IMG/VR virus record: IMGVR_UViG_3300017917_003066 | DNA: 64,000 bases | Source: an uncultured virus (IMG/VR IMGVR_UViG_3300017917_003066) | Taxonomy: Duplodnaviria > Heunggongvirae > Uroviricota > Caudoviricetes | Reading direction: 5' to 3' (one strand) | Translations under genes and position numbers: made by a program | The notes under the pieces: model-generated | Told to the model about the DNA's origin: nothing | Seen by the model: only the letters and a program-made list of their open reading frames with translations | Databases searched by the model: none | Shown here: positions 29,656 through 39,987 of the stretch, piece after piece | Layout: each line of letters opens with the position of its first letter | Numbering within the stretch: the first letter of the stretch is position 1

Positions 29656-30369
29656 ATGTATAAATATAAAGTGAGAGAGTCTTTTAATGAGTATAAAAAA
29701 ACAATAGAGCATAACTTAGTTAACATAAGTTATCTCTATAGTGGAGATATATTATCATATACGGATTCTCAATATAAAGAAATTAAAAGTTCTCCTCTAA
29801 CTTCACCAACATTTATAATTAACACTTTTGTTGAAATATACAACAAAAGTTTTGATATAATGAAGTCTAAATCAAAAACCTTAATAATACCTGAGGAATC
29901 TATAAATGGTGTTGGTGTTTCTGGTAATTTATTTGACAAAATATTTGAGTTAGGAGTAAAGCCTGTTTATATTTTTTGTTCTGAAAAAGGTAAAAAGTTA
30001 TTTGGTCAAGTAAGATCAAGTAATACAAGTGCCCTTCCCTCGTATTTTCACAGTATTGATAATTTTGTTGGTATGAATTTAGAGTTATTTCATTCACCTT
30101 TAATAGAAATAGAAGAGGATGTTGATGAGATAGTTTTATATGTTTCTGACGCGCCTATACAAAGCCTAGTGTATTCTATACAAAATATGGATTACTTAGT
30201 AGATCCAACAAGTACAATAGAAGGATTTATACCTAATATACCTAGTAGATGGGAACATAAAATAAATTATAAGTTATATGATTGTAAATTTAACTCATAT
30301 AAAATATCAATAAGGAATCTAACTAGACTGAGAGATGATAAAATTAATAAAATTCTAAATGATAATTAA
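29656..30369 (+). CDS. Hypothetical protein with C-terminal motif
   Basis: Ends LRDDKINKILNDN. Confidence 0.6.
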   Translation: MYKYKVRESFNEYKKTIEHNLVNISYLYSGDILSYTDSQYKEIKSSPLTSPTFIINTFVEIYNKSFDIMKSKSKTLIIPEESINGVGVSGNLFDKIFELGVKPVYIFCSEKGKKLFGQVRSSNTSALPSYFHSIDNFVGMNLELFHSPLIEIEEDVDEIVLYVSDAPIQSLVYSIQNMDYLVDPTSTIEGFIPNIPSRWEHKINYKLYDCKFNSYKISIRNLTRLRDDKINKILNDN

Positions 30370-30745
30370 CTTAAATGATGATATACCACTTGGTTTTATT
30401 GAGAATTATCAAGATGAGTATAAATTAAAAAGTAATAAACTTATTTCTTACCTAAATAGAATAAATTCAAATATGAAAAATAAGTATAATTATATTATAA
30501 TATCTGTTGCGGTTTATAACATATTAGGATGTAATGATAGATTTAAATCATTTTTTTCTTATAACGACTATGATGATTTAAAAAAAGTTGGAACTTTAGG
30601 TGAATTCGAGGTTTATTTAGATATACACTTACGACCTGATGAAGTTATATTATCTTGGGACAAATCTATATCAAGAGATGTTAAGATAAACAATATACTT
30701 TACAATATAAATGAGAAAGAAAAAAAGATTAAGGTTATACCTTAA
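30359..30745 (+). CDS. Hypothetical protein resembling a fragment of a T4 gp23-type capsid protein
   Basis: NYIIISVAVYNIL...VGTLGEFEVYLD; near-terminal RDVKINNIL. Confidence 0.45.
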   Translation: MIINLNDDIPLGFIENYQDEYKLKSNKLISYLNRINSNMKNKYNYIIISVAVYNILGCNDRFKSFFSYNDYDDLKKVGTLGEFEVYLDIHLRPDEVILSWDKSISRDVKINNILYNINEKEKKIKVIP

Positions 30746-32595
30746 TCTTTTTTATTATTATAGCTTTCAAACTTTGCTATTATTCTTTTATTAGTATTAT
30801 CAATTGTCATAAGACTTTTTCTATCTGTCTTCATTCCTTTTGAAGCACCGGCTTTGATAAACTCATCTCTAGTAACTTGTGTAGGTTGATTAGTTTGCTT
30901 ACTAACAATATGATACTCATAGTTTTCATTTGTATCTTGTCCTAGTAACTCAACGCCTTTAGTATCATACTCTACATCACCACCTTCATTAGCTATGTCA
31001 ATTTTTTCTTTTAACGTGTTAACAAAATCTTTTGCCATAGTTTTAAGAACATCAACATACTTTTCAGTTTTATAAGCTATTTTAAGAGCTGGTTTATTAT
31101 ATTTCAAGAAGTTAAATCCTGTTATGTTAGTAATTGATGGGTGACCACCTGAGTTTCTAATAATAAGTTCCCAAGCTGGTATTTTAATATTACTTAAATA
31201 ATACTTTTGATCCGGAGTTAAATCACTGAATAAAGTATCCATATTGATTTTTAACTCTTCTTCATTTATATCAACATTAACTATTTTATTATCTTTTTTA
31301 GCATATAAACAATCTTTATAAAATGCTTCTAAATCACTAAATCTAAATCCAACACCTTCATATTCTTCACCTTCGGCTTTAGCCATTGCTTTCCAATCTT
31401 GAGATGTTTCAAATTCTTTCTTAATAGACTCAAGTGAAACATAAAACTTTTTAAGAATTGATTCATGTTTAGCCAAAACTTCTTTAGCTATTTCACCTAA
31501 GTTGATAGATTTAAGTTTCTTTTCTTTGAATGGATTACAAGAAACTTGTAATAAACCCATGGGCCAAGCTATACAGTTAAAGTCAGCTTCTGGATTATTT
31601 CTAAATACAACATATCTATCATATGAACCTGGCTTAATCATAGATCCACCACCATATTGAGTTACTATTTTATATTCATCATCAAAGTGAACACCTTTAC
31701 CAATCTGAGCACCAGAAGATAATAGATTTTTATGTCTCCAATTACTTGGATCATATTCAGTTACATCACCAGTATTTGGATCTTCAATAAAACTATAATT
31801 CTTCATTCTATCAATATAAGCATTTAAGTTATCTGTGATTTCTTCAGGTGTTGCTAATCTTCCAAGTTTATCAGTTGTTTTAGCATTATTAATATAGTTT
31901 CTAAGATTATTAAACATTGAGTATAAACTAGCATTTGAATCTAATGTTAAACACTCTAATATATTTTTGTTAATGTGATTTCTTTTACCATCTAAAGATT
32001 TAACAGATATTCTTTTATTTTTGTATGCTAATAATAATCTATTAACAACAAATCCCATCATAAATCTATTCTTAGCTGGTGATACACTTTTATCTGGTGA
32101 GAAAATAGCATTTTGTACATCTTCTGGTTTAATATCATTTGCTAAAAAGTTAGCTGAGTCAACCGTCTTAATAAGTTCAATATCCTGACTTGTGAATATA
32201 TCTGAATAAGAAATTTCACCTGATATAGTTTCAACATTTGAACGTGTATGTTTGAAATAAGTAGATTGAGTATCTTCAACACCTGATTGTTTATCGTGGT
32301 GGTCAGTTGCAATATGAAACATTGGTTTACCGTGAGCAAAGTCAACAAGCACACAAAGGTTTCCTTCTTGATGATGTTTAACCGCATACTCTAATCCACC
32401 ATATTGAATAATATGACAATCAACAGTTTCTATTTGATAGTAATTCTTTAAGAATTCTTTCATTGCTATGGCTGATGTAACACCATCCAAATCTTTGTGA
32501 AAATAAATTTCAGCAGTTTTATGAAGCTTTGCTATCTTAGAAATATTTTTAAGACCGACTTCTTCGTTTATGAAGTTTTGATATTTTCTTATCAT
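30742..32595 (-). CDS. DHH/DHHA1-family phosphoesterase
   Basis: HKDLDG, VDF, DHH, SGGH. Confidence 0.8.
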   Translation of the reverse strand: MIRKYQNFINEEVGLKNISKIAKLHKTAEIYFHKDLDGVTSAIAMKEFLKNYYQIETVDCHIIQYGGLEYAVKHHQEGNLCVLVDFAHGKPMFHIATDHHDKQSGVEDTQSTYFKHTRSNVETISGEISYSDIFTSQDIELIKTVDSANFLANDIKPEDVQNAIFSPDKSVSPAKNRFMMGFVVNRLLLAYKNKRISVKSLDGKRNHINKNILECLTLDSNASLYSMFNNLRNYINNAKTTDKLGRLATPEEITDNLNAYIDRMKNYSFIEDPNTGDVTEYDPSNWRHKNLLSSGAQIGKGVHFDDEYKIVTQYGGGSMIKPGSYDRYVVFRNNPEADFNCIAWPMGLLQVSCNPFKEKKLKSINLGEIAKEVLAKHESILKKFYVSLESIKKEFETSQDWKAMAKAEGEEYEGVGFRFSDLEAFYKDCLYAKKDNKIVNVDINEEELKINMDTLFSDLTPDQKYYLSNIKIPAWELIIRNSGGHPSITNITGFNFLKYNKPALKIAYKTEKYVDVLKTMAKDFVNTLKEKIDIANEGGDVEYDTKGVELLGQDTNENYEYHIVSKQTNQPTQVTRDEFIKAGASKGMKTDRKSLMTIDNTNKRIIAKFESYNNKKD

Positions 32596-32596
32596 G

Positions 32597-33034
32597 TTAT
32601 TTGATGTAATTTTTATCTACTTTTCTATATATTAATATATTTAACTGTTTATGTGGTCTTTCTTGTTTTTTTATATAAAGACCTAAATCATCCAATCTTA
32701 GTGATACTATATCAATAAGTTCTTTATATTCTTCCGAATCGGCTAACTTGTTCAATTCTTGAACCTCGTTCCAAGAAGATCTATTAAACCTCTGTTCATA
32801 TGGAGTTGGTTTACTAATAGAAACTTGTATGTAGTATATAAGACCAACTGGAAATTCTTTATCAACTGGAACATCTTTAAATTGGTGAAGTTTTTGCATA
32901 AATCTAACATCAACACTCCAACCATTATCAGATAAATCAGTAAATAAATATTTTATATCATCAAGTGATACACCTAAATCTTCTTCTCCTGTACGATTGA
33001 AATGATGATTTTCAAATTTATTTAAGTATTTCAT
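32597..33034 (-). CDS. Hypothetical, probable virion protein
   Basis: MKYLNKFE N-terminus. Confidence 0.6.
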   Translation of the reverse strand: MKYLNKFENHHFNRTGEEDLGVSLDDIKYLFTDLSDNGWSVDVRFMQKLHQFKDVPVDKEFPVGLIYYIQVSISKPTPYEQRFNRSSWNEVQELNKLADSEEYKELIDIVSLRLDDLGLYIKKQERPHKQLNILIYRKVDKNYIK

Positions 33035-34425
33035 TTCTTACTGAGTAATCCTTTTCCGTATCCTTTGATTGCACCTTTTTCATCACCTTTAGTTTCTGTG
33101 TCAAATCTAGTATCAAAGAAGTTATTACTATCTGTAACCACTTTAACCTCGGAGTCAAGTGTTGCGTATGGGCCCAGTTTACCTGATCTATAAACACCGC
33201 CAAACATATCACCGTTTAAGTAGCCTTCCATGAAATAACAGTTAGTTAAATCAGACATTTCAACTTTACAATTAAGAACTTTAGAGTTATCAGCGGCTGA
33301 TTGTTGTAATTTACACTTAGTCATTTGTGAATTTTTTATTTCACTACCTACAAAGAAACAATCATCGAATATACCTTCACATCTACAATTTATTAAATCA
33401 TAACCTTTAATTGATGATGTTGTTTTAACATTAGCATCAACAACTTCAAGAGTTTGTGTTGATGTTACATAATTTATGATACAATCTTTAAGATCATTTG
33501 TAGAATCTATTAAGTTATAAAGTTCCGTGTAAATATTTGGATAGTATGCTGATATTAAATCATAGCCACCTTGTTGGTCTATTTGAATCACAATTGATGG
33601 AAAGTCAATAATGAAATTATCGTACTTTGAAAAATTCTTAAATGAAGAAATATTTTTTTCTAAATATTCTTCTAACTTATTAACATCTTCAGGTGTAAAG
33701 TCGGTATCAACGCTATCATAAACATTTATAATAAATCTATCCATGAAATATATTAGATTTCCTATATTTTTCTCATAGTCTTTACCACCAATATATCTTA
33801 ACTCTAGCCTTTGAGATTCTTTATCATTATTTATATGTAAGAAGTTAATACCAAAGTATTTATCATTAGGAGTTTTTAAGTTGTTTTTAACAACACTTAT
33901 TGGTATATTAAAAAAATCATACTCTTTATATGGTATCAATTTTTTAACAGATTTTGCATAAACATTATCTTTTCTTGATGGGAATATTCTGTATATTTCA
34001 TCTTCATCAGTTGTTAAAACTAATTTTAATATGTTTAAGTCATTTAAATCTTTCTCATCATTATTAAATGATAAGTTAAAATGTACTGATGATTTTTCAT
34101 TTGTGTAGCCGTAAGTTTGTATAAACTTAACTATTTTTACTAAGTAATATTTAGCATCAAAATAGTCTAAAGGTCCTGTCACTAACTCAACCATGTTAGA
34201 TCCACCTGATAAGTCAGGTTCAATTTTAAAATTATTACTATCTGGTTTAAAGTCAGAGTGATATTGTCTAAATCCCCAAACTTTCACTGGTGAAAGTTCT
34301 TGGTTTAGTAATTCTAGTGTTTTATAATATGATAAATCCTTCATATAAAACTCAAACTCAAATCCTATTCGTGCATGTTTGAGCTTATTTGATTGATTTA
34401 AAAATTTATCAGAGTACTTCTTCAT
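33031..34425 (-). CDS. Putative amidoligase (COOH-NH2 ligase type)
   Basis: GFEFEF, ELVTGP, SVHFN, KYFGIN, LELR. Confidence 0.7.
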   Translation of the reverse strand: MKKYSDKFLNQSNKLKHARIGFEFEFYMKDLSYYKTLELLNQELSPVKVWGFRQYHSDFKPDSNNFKIEPDLSGGSNMVELVTGPLDYFDAKYYLVKIVKFIQTYGYTNEKSSVHFNLSFNNDEKDLNDLNILKLVLTTDEDEIYRIFPSRKDNVYAKSVKKLIPYKEYDFFNIPISVVKNNLKTPNDKYFGINFLHINNDKESQRLELRYIGGKDYEKNIGNLIYFMDRFIINVYDSVDTDFTPEDVNKLEEYLEKNISSFKNFSKYDNFIIDFPSIVIQIDQQGGYDLISAYYPNIYTELYNLIDSTNDLKDCIINYVTSTQTLEVVDANVKTTSSIKGYDLINCRCEGIFDDCFFVGSEIKNSQMTKCKLQQSAADNSKVLNCKVEMSDLTNCYFMEGYLNGDMFGGVYRSGKLGPYATLDSEVKVVTDSNNFFDTRFDTETKGDEKGAIKGYGKGLLSKK

Positions 34426-34528
34426 ATTATAGTATATATTAAAGTTAACTTCTCAAAATTAAAAACTAAAGAGGGATAGGGTTGAATATTATATATAATT
34501 TCAATATCTTAAAAATATAATATTAAAA

Positions 34529-34918
34529 GTGGAGTTCTTTTGTGTCTATTGCAAAACTAGAAAAAAAGTTGACAAGTTTATAAAAGTCAATCGAATTAAG
34601 AATAAGTATATCATTGATATAAAAAAAATAGTCGAGGAGGAAGAAGTGAACCTACAAGACGATAAGATGTATTTAAAAGTATTAATCTTTCAAAAAATAC
34701 AACAAGCAATAGACAAAAAGAAAGATATCTACTACATACCCGACTTTGATAATGAGTTTTCAATAGAAAAACTTTTAAATCTTAAAAAGATTCTCGGTGA
34801 TAATAACTTCAATGTTTTAATATTCTACAATGAATTCAGAAAAAACCCTGAAATAATAGATGATGTTTTTTCAAATCTTTCAAAATTTTCCAATTCACAA
34901 ATAATAAGAGATTACTAA
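34529..34918 (+). CDS. Hypothetical protein
   Basis: GTG-start ORF upstream of the structural cluster. Confidence 0.55.
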   Translation: MEFFCVYCKTRKKVDKFIKVNRIKNKYIIDIKKIVEEEEVNLQDDKMYLKVLIFQKIQQAIDKKKDIYYIPDFDNEFSIEKLLNLKKILGDNNFNVLIFYNEFRKNPEIIDDVFSNLSKFSNSQIIRDY

Positions 34919-34953
34919 TAGTTTAATATATAATAAAAATTAAATTATTATTA

Positions 34954-36894
34954 ATGGCAAATAGATCTATACTTGGTGGTTCCCCGCTCGGACTTGTTGG
35001 CACTAGAAGCTGGTATGGCAATGATGGTTTATCTACATTTAATGGTGGTAAAACAAGAAATGTTAGAGTTGCTGAATACAATAGAAACTCAAGCAACGCT
35101 GGTATGGTTTCCGGTAATAGTTTATTTTCTGGTTATAGAGTTGTTAGAGCTTGGCCCGAATTAACAGAGGTTGAAGGTGGTCGATATGATACTAAGGGTA
35201 TAGGTGATGTTGTATACAAAGATGAAAAAAATAAAGCCGGTGATTTAATTGCTAAAAGAGGTGACTATTCTAAAAGAAGAGTTTTACATAACAATAGCGT
35301 CTATGACACTAGTATTCTAAATATACTTGAAAAATTATCTGGCACTAAAGCCGCTCTTAGACCTGCCGACTTTGCTTATCTAAAGAATGTTGGTGTTTAT
35401 CCCAATAATAGATTGATGGTGGCTAGAAGATTTGCAGCGCCTTCTGATGATAATATAATGGTTAAGAAAAAAGATTCAGATTTAGGAACATTCGCAACAC
35501 TTATAAGTTGGGTTCCTGAAAATGAAAATTTTCTAGATATAACTTTTGGTGAAGAATGGACAGATGCAGAAGCTGACTTTAAAACAATATTAACATCACT
35601 TGGTGAAGATATTGGTTTAGGCAATCTAGGTGGAATTGCAGGTGCTGCTGGTAATGCTTTGCCTTTACCAGGTTTTACAGAAATATTTCAAAGACAGTTT
35701 TTAGCTAAGATGGGTCTTATAGAAGATTCTGCTGCTAATAGTATACCTGCTGGTAATCCAAACTTAATAAAACAAGCCAAGAGAAGAAAACTAATTGGCT
35801 ATTCTGATGCAGGTTCTGGTCTTAAATGTACAGTTAATATTAAAATGGTTTGTGAATACGAACTGAAGTATATTTCAGGTATTGATCCAACTATAGTTTG
35901 GATGGATTTAATTGGTATGATAGCTAGATTTGGTACATCAAACAGTGAAACTTATGGTTTAAGTAGATCAATAAGTGGTAAGATTACAAACTGGGTTAAT
36001 AATCCACACCAGTTAGTTAAAGACGTAGCTAAAAGTATTTCAGATGCTATAACTGGTATAGTTACAGAAATAAAAAAGAAAATAAATGAAGTTTATAATT
36101 CTGCAGTAGCTAACGCAAATCAGTTACCAGATGAAGCACCAGGCCCTGAACCAGATCCAGCACCAGCACCATTAAGTGCTAGACAAACTGGTCTTAACGA
36201 AGCTGAAAAAAACAAGAAAGATCAAGAAGGAATTGTTGATAAAATAGCCGCTACGCTTGGTAAAATAACATTAACTGCACTAGAAGGTTTATTACAAAAG
36301 TATAGAGTAAAAATAATAGGTGTTGTTAATGCGCTTTCTGGTTTACCTTCTACACCTTGGCACATTACAATTGGTAATCCTATGAGACCCACATTTTGTT
36401 CAGGTGATATGTTATGTGAGAACGTTAACCTTAAATTAGGACCAACCTTAGCATTTAATGACTTACCTTCTTCTATAACAGTTGAATTCAACTTGACAAA
36501 TGCGAGACCTTGGGGGTTGCAAGAAATAATGGCTAAGTTTAATAGTGGTTATTTAAGAACTGTTGACGTTCAGAAAACATTCTATGAAACTACTCAAATT
36601 ACAGGTGCTGATGCTCTTACTTATAATGAACCTGTTGGTATTCTACCATTTAATGATGTTATATATGGAACAGCTAGTGGTACTGCTAGTGGCACAGCCA
36701 GTAACTCTGCAAATGGTACTACTAATACAACACCAAGTACAGTAACTTCTGGAACAGTTTCTAACACAGGTGATGTATCAACTGGTTCTAGTCAAACTAG
36801 TGCTGTTGGTGGTGGTCTTGAAAATAAAGGAGACTTAAATAAGCAAGGTGGTGGTGGAGCTCCTCCCGCTTTAGGTGCAACACAAAGCTCATAA
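34954..36894 (+). CDS. Putative baseplate/tail structural protein
   Basis: Position before a gp53-like gene; PWHITIGNP...DLPSSITVEF beta-rich C-domain. Confidence 0.5.
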   Translation: MANRSILGGSPLGLVGTRSWYGNDGLSTFNGGKTRNVRVAEYNRNSSNAGMVSGNSLFSGYRVVRAWPELTEVEGGRYDTKGIGDVVYKDEKNKAGDLIAKRGDYSKRRVLHNNSVYDTSILNILEKLSGTKAALRPADFAYLKNVGVYPNNRLMVARRFAAPSDDNIMVKKKDSDLGTFATLISWVPENENFLDITFGEEWTDAEADFKTILTSLGEDIGLGNLGGIAGAAGNALPLPGFTEIFQRQFLAKMGLIEDSAANSIPAGNPNLIKQAKRRKLIGYSDAGSGLKCTVNIKMVCEYELKYISGIDPTIVWMDLIGMIARFGTSNSETYGLSRSISGKITNWVNNPHQLVKDVAKSISDAITGIVTEIKKKINEVYNSAVANANQLPDEAPGPEPDPAPAPLSARQTGLNEAEKNKKDQEGIVDKIAATLGKITLTALEGLLQKYRVKIIGVVNALSGLPSTPWHITIGNPMRPTFCSGDMLCENVNLKLGPTLAFNDLPSSITVEFNLTNARPWGLQEIMAKFNSGYLRTVDVQKTFYETTQITGADALTYNEPVGILPFNDVIYGTASGTASGTASNSANGTTNTTPSTVTSGTVSNTGDVSTGSSQTSAVGGGLENKGDLNKQGGGGAPPALGATQSS

Positions 36895-36912
36895 TAAAAA
36901 TAAAAAATAAAA

Positions 36913-37398
36913 ATGGATATAATATCTCTTTCTCAGTTATCTTATAGTAGAGCAAAACAGGAGTTTAACCTTTATATACCTCAGTTTTTTTATCTTAGTT
37001 CTGATAGTTTATCAAGTTATGTTGTGCAAAGAGGTGAAGAAATGAGAATAGATTTAGTTATTATGTCTATATACGATGATAGTAGATACTTAGAAGAAGT
37101 TGACGTTTTGTTATTTATAAATAATATAGACAATCCTTTGAATATAAATGCAGGTGATATAATATACTATCCACCTGGGGAATCACTCTCGTCTTATAGA
37201 TTCATAATAGATACTGGTAGTAAAGGTGGTGGTGATGTTAGATCTGCTCTTGCTGTTCCTAATAAAACAATGAAGAAAGATCCTAATAGAAAGAATTTTC
37301 TTGAGAATGGTTATGTATTACCGCCTGTTGTTTTAGACGAGGCTAAATCTCCAGTTAGATTGGAAAATGGTAATATTGTTATAGGTGGATTAAATTAA
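36913..37398 (+). CDS. Baseplate wedge gp53-like (LysM-like) protein
   Basis: YVV..EEMRIDL...IY...LLFINNIDNPLNI.GD. Confidence 0.65.
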   Translation: MDIISLSQLSYSRAKQEFNLYIPQFFYLSSDSLSSYVVQRGEEMRIDLVIMSIYDDSRYLEEVDVLLFINNIDNPLNINAGDIIYYPPGESLSSYRFIIDTGSKGGGDVRSALAVPNKTMKKDPNRKNFLENGYVLPPVVLDEAKSPVRLENGNIVIGGLN

Positions 37399-37406
37399 TA
37401 AAATTT

Positions 37407-39446
37407 ATGGCAGATGAATTATTAAAAAAAGTAAGAGTTAATGAAGGTATATTTGTTGAAGTTTACCAACAAGGCAGAAGAAAATATACTATACTAAATG
37501 ATAACGGTGTTGAGGTACGAGGTGATAAATCTAGAGATCCTCAAACTGATGACTATTTTATTAATGAGTCTTTAAAATTATATGCAATAAAAAAAGGAAA
37601 GTCAAGTGATTATTATAAAGTAATACAAGATCCGTATAAAGATCCACAGGTTGTTAGAACTTATGGTGGTGGTACGGCTTCCCCATACTACTTAAATAAT
37701 GGTTGTAGGATAAATATTCTTTGGCAGGGTTCAATACCTAATCCTAAATTTGATTTAGGTACTTTTTCAAATCCTTGGGAGGCTGAAGATTATAATGAAT
37801 ATAGTTCAATAGATATTCCTAGATTTTTATCTAATCAAGTAATAATATCAAGTAATGAAGATGCTGAAAAAACAGAATTTCTACCCAAGTCATCCTGGTC
37901 ATCAACAGGAACTTATAGTCATGGTTTAACAATCAATAGTCAAGCAAAGGTTTGGAATATTGGGTATCGTGATACCGCTAGTGTTAATTTAAAAATTGTA
38001 ACTGTTTCTCTTCCAGATGGTGTAAAAGAAGAAGGTGAATATTTAGTTTGGACGGATGCTGGATTAAACTATAATACCAAGGCTATACCAGCAACAGCTT
38101 CCTATGAAGAAATGAAATTTGTAAGAGGTGGCTATGCTGTTGGTGGTAGACCTCAGGATCAAATATACAACTTTACTGAGTCATATAAAGATTACGATAT
38201 AGTAAAACAGGTGATAGAGAAATTCAAGACACAAGTTACCAGTATACATGGTATAAGTTATAATGACTATAATCTACAACTTTGCTCACCCGATACAGGT
38301 TCTTGTTCTGTTATACCTTATAAGTCACCTCTTTTACCTGAAAATAAACCACCGGTTAATGAAGAAAAAGTTGCTGGTTCTACATATTCTGTTTCTAAAA
38401 TAAAATTTACTATAGATGGTTTACCTGAAACTATTGAAATAAAGGCAAAGACAGATTTAGATGCTTTTACAATTTGGGCAGGCCCTATACCAAAATCTCC
38501 TTCAGATATTGATGTCTATGAAGATTCATCAGAATTAGATGAGGAATATGGTGAAGATGAATTCAGAGGTGAAGAAGAGAAAACTGTTAAATTATCAGCC
38601 GGTGAGGGCATTAAAAGTGAGCAAGAATATCAAAGTGATGTTAATGATACTTATGCACCAAATGACCCAGCAACTAGCAACACACCTGGTGGTAGCACCG
38701 GTTTAAAATCTACAGGTACTTATACATCTGAGCTACCTAATGAAAGTCCTAAAGGTTCAGGTAGTGTTAAGCCTGGATTTAACGGTGTTCCTTATTATCA
38801 ACAATTTGATAGTAGATGGGGTAATGTGGTTTACGGAAGAGCAAAAGATGGTACATTTATAGAAGCAACAGTTAAACCTACAGTAGGTTGGACTAATGTT
38901 CAATGGAATGGTGGAAATTATACTATTAATTGTGATCACTTTAAAGGAAACAGTGGATTCTCATCTATACATGGTGGTGGTTGTGGTATAACTAGCACAT
39001 CTATGATAATAAGTTATTGGTCAGTTAAAGGCAAATGTAGTCCAACATCACCTGTTAAAATTGCTAAATTGGCCTCAGAAAATGGAGCTAGACCTGGTCC
39101 GCCTTGTAATGGTACACAGCCTGGTGGCAGAAATAGCTCTTTTGCTAAAGCTATTAAAAAGGCATTTAATATAGATTTTGACGCTACGAATTCAAAAGAA
39201 GCTCAAAGGTTAGTTAAAGCAGGATTTCCTGTATTATTTTGTGGTACAAACTTTTCTGGAAAAAACTCTAAGGGCGGAAACTCAACTACCTACGGTGGTC
39301 ACTTTATTGTCATAACTGGTTATGACAATGGTAAATGGAGAGTAAATGATCCTGGATCTAATCCAGACGTAAAAGGTATAACATATTTTGATAATTTTCC
39401 TTCAGGTGGATTTTGGAAATTTATTCCTTCAGGAATGTCAGTATAA
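37407..39446 (+). CDS. Tail-associated protein with C-terminal C39-like cysteine peptidase
   Basis: YYQQFDSRW, GCGITS, GHFIVITG, VNDP. Confidence 0.8.
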   Translation: MADELLKKVRVNEGIFVEVYQQGRRKYTILNDNGVEVRGDKSRDPQTDDYFINESLKLYAIKKGKSSDYYKVIQDPYKDPQVVRTYGGGTASPYYLNNGCRINILWQGSIPNPKFDLGTFSNPWEAEDYNEYSSIDIPRFLSNQVIISSNEDAEKTEFLPKSSWSSTGTYSHGLTINSQAKVWNIGYRDTASVNLKIVTVSLPDGVKEEGEYLVWTDAGLNYNTKAIPATASYEEMKFVRGGYAVGGRPQDQIYNFTESYKDYDIVKQVIEKFKTQVTSIHGISYNDYNLQLCSPDTGSCSVIPYKSPLLPENKPPVNEEKVAGSTYSVSKIKFTIDGLPETIEIKAKTDLDAFTIWAGPIPKSPSDIDVYEDSSELDEEYGEDEFRGEEEKTVKLSAGEGIKSEQEYQSDVNDTYAPNDPATSNTPGGSTGLKSTGTYTSELPNESPKGSGSVKPGFNGVPYYQQFDSRWGNVVYGRAKDGTFIEATVKPTVGWTNVQWNGGNYTINCDHFKGNSGFSSIHGGGCGITSTSMIISYWSVKGKCSPTSPVKIAKLASENGARPGPPCNGTQPGGRNSSFAKAIKKAFNIDFDATNSKEAQRLVKAGFPVLFCGTNFSGKNSKGGNSTTYGGHFIVITGYDNGKWRVNDPGSNPDVKGITYFDNFPSGGFWKFIPSGMSV

Positions 39447-39447
39447 T

Positions 39448-39473
39448 AAAAAACCCACTCAATTGAGTGGGTT
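39448..39473. terminator. Terminator
   Basis: AACCCACTC-AATT-GAGTGGGTT between convergent genes. Confidence 0.75.
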
Positions 39474-39495
39474 AATTTTTTTTTAAGAAATATGA

Positions 39496-39867
39496 TTATT
39501 TATTATCACTTTTCTTACGAGGTTTAGCCGGTTGTTTAGGCTTACTCTCTGTAGCAGGTTTAGCTTTAGGCTTAGATGCTTTTTGAGTAGCAGGCTTAGT
39601 AGTCTTTTCAACTTTAGGCTCAGTAGTTTTCTTAACCTTAGCTTTAATTTCTTTAGCAGTAACCTTTTCAGATTTTTTTTCTTCAGCTATTTCGGCTAGT
39701 CTGGTTTCGATTGCTTTAGTAGCAGCTTCAACATCAATCTTAGATATTTCTTCTTTAAGAACTTCTAATGCTTTTTGTTCTGCTTTTTCAACAACCTTCT
39801 CAACTACTGGCTCAACCTTTGATTTATTAGAACTGAACCAATTTTTAATAGTATTCCAAATACCCAT
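39496..39867 (-). CDS. Lys/Ala/Pro-rich protein (histone H1-like tail)
   Basis: KPATQKASKPKAKPA... C-terminus. Confidence 0.55.
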   Translation of the reverse strand: MGIWNTIKNWFSSNKSKVEPVVEKVVEKAEQKALEVLKEEISKIDVEAATKAIETRLAEIAEEKKSEKVTAKEIKAKVKKTTEPKVEKTTKPATQKASKPKAKPATESKPKQPAKPRKKSDNK

Positions 39868-39987
39868 AATATAAATTATTTTTTAGTATATATAGAAAAT
39901 TATTTCCTCCCTCTATAAAAAACCTCAAAAAAATCGAACTTATCTATGTTTCTAAACATAAACAAGTATTTTATATATAAATAAGAG

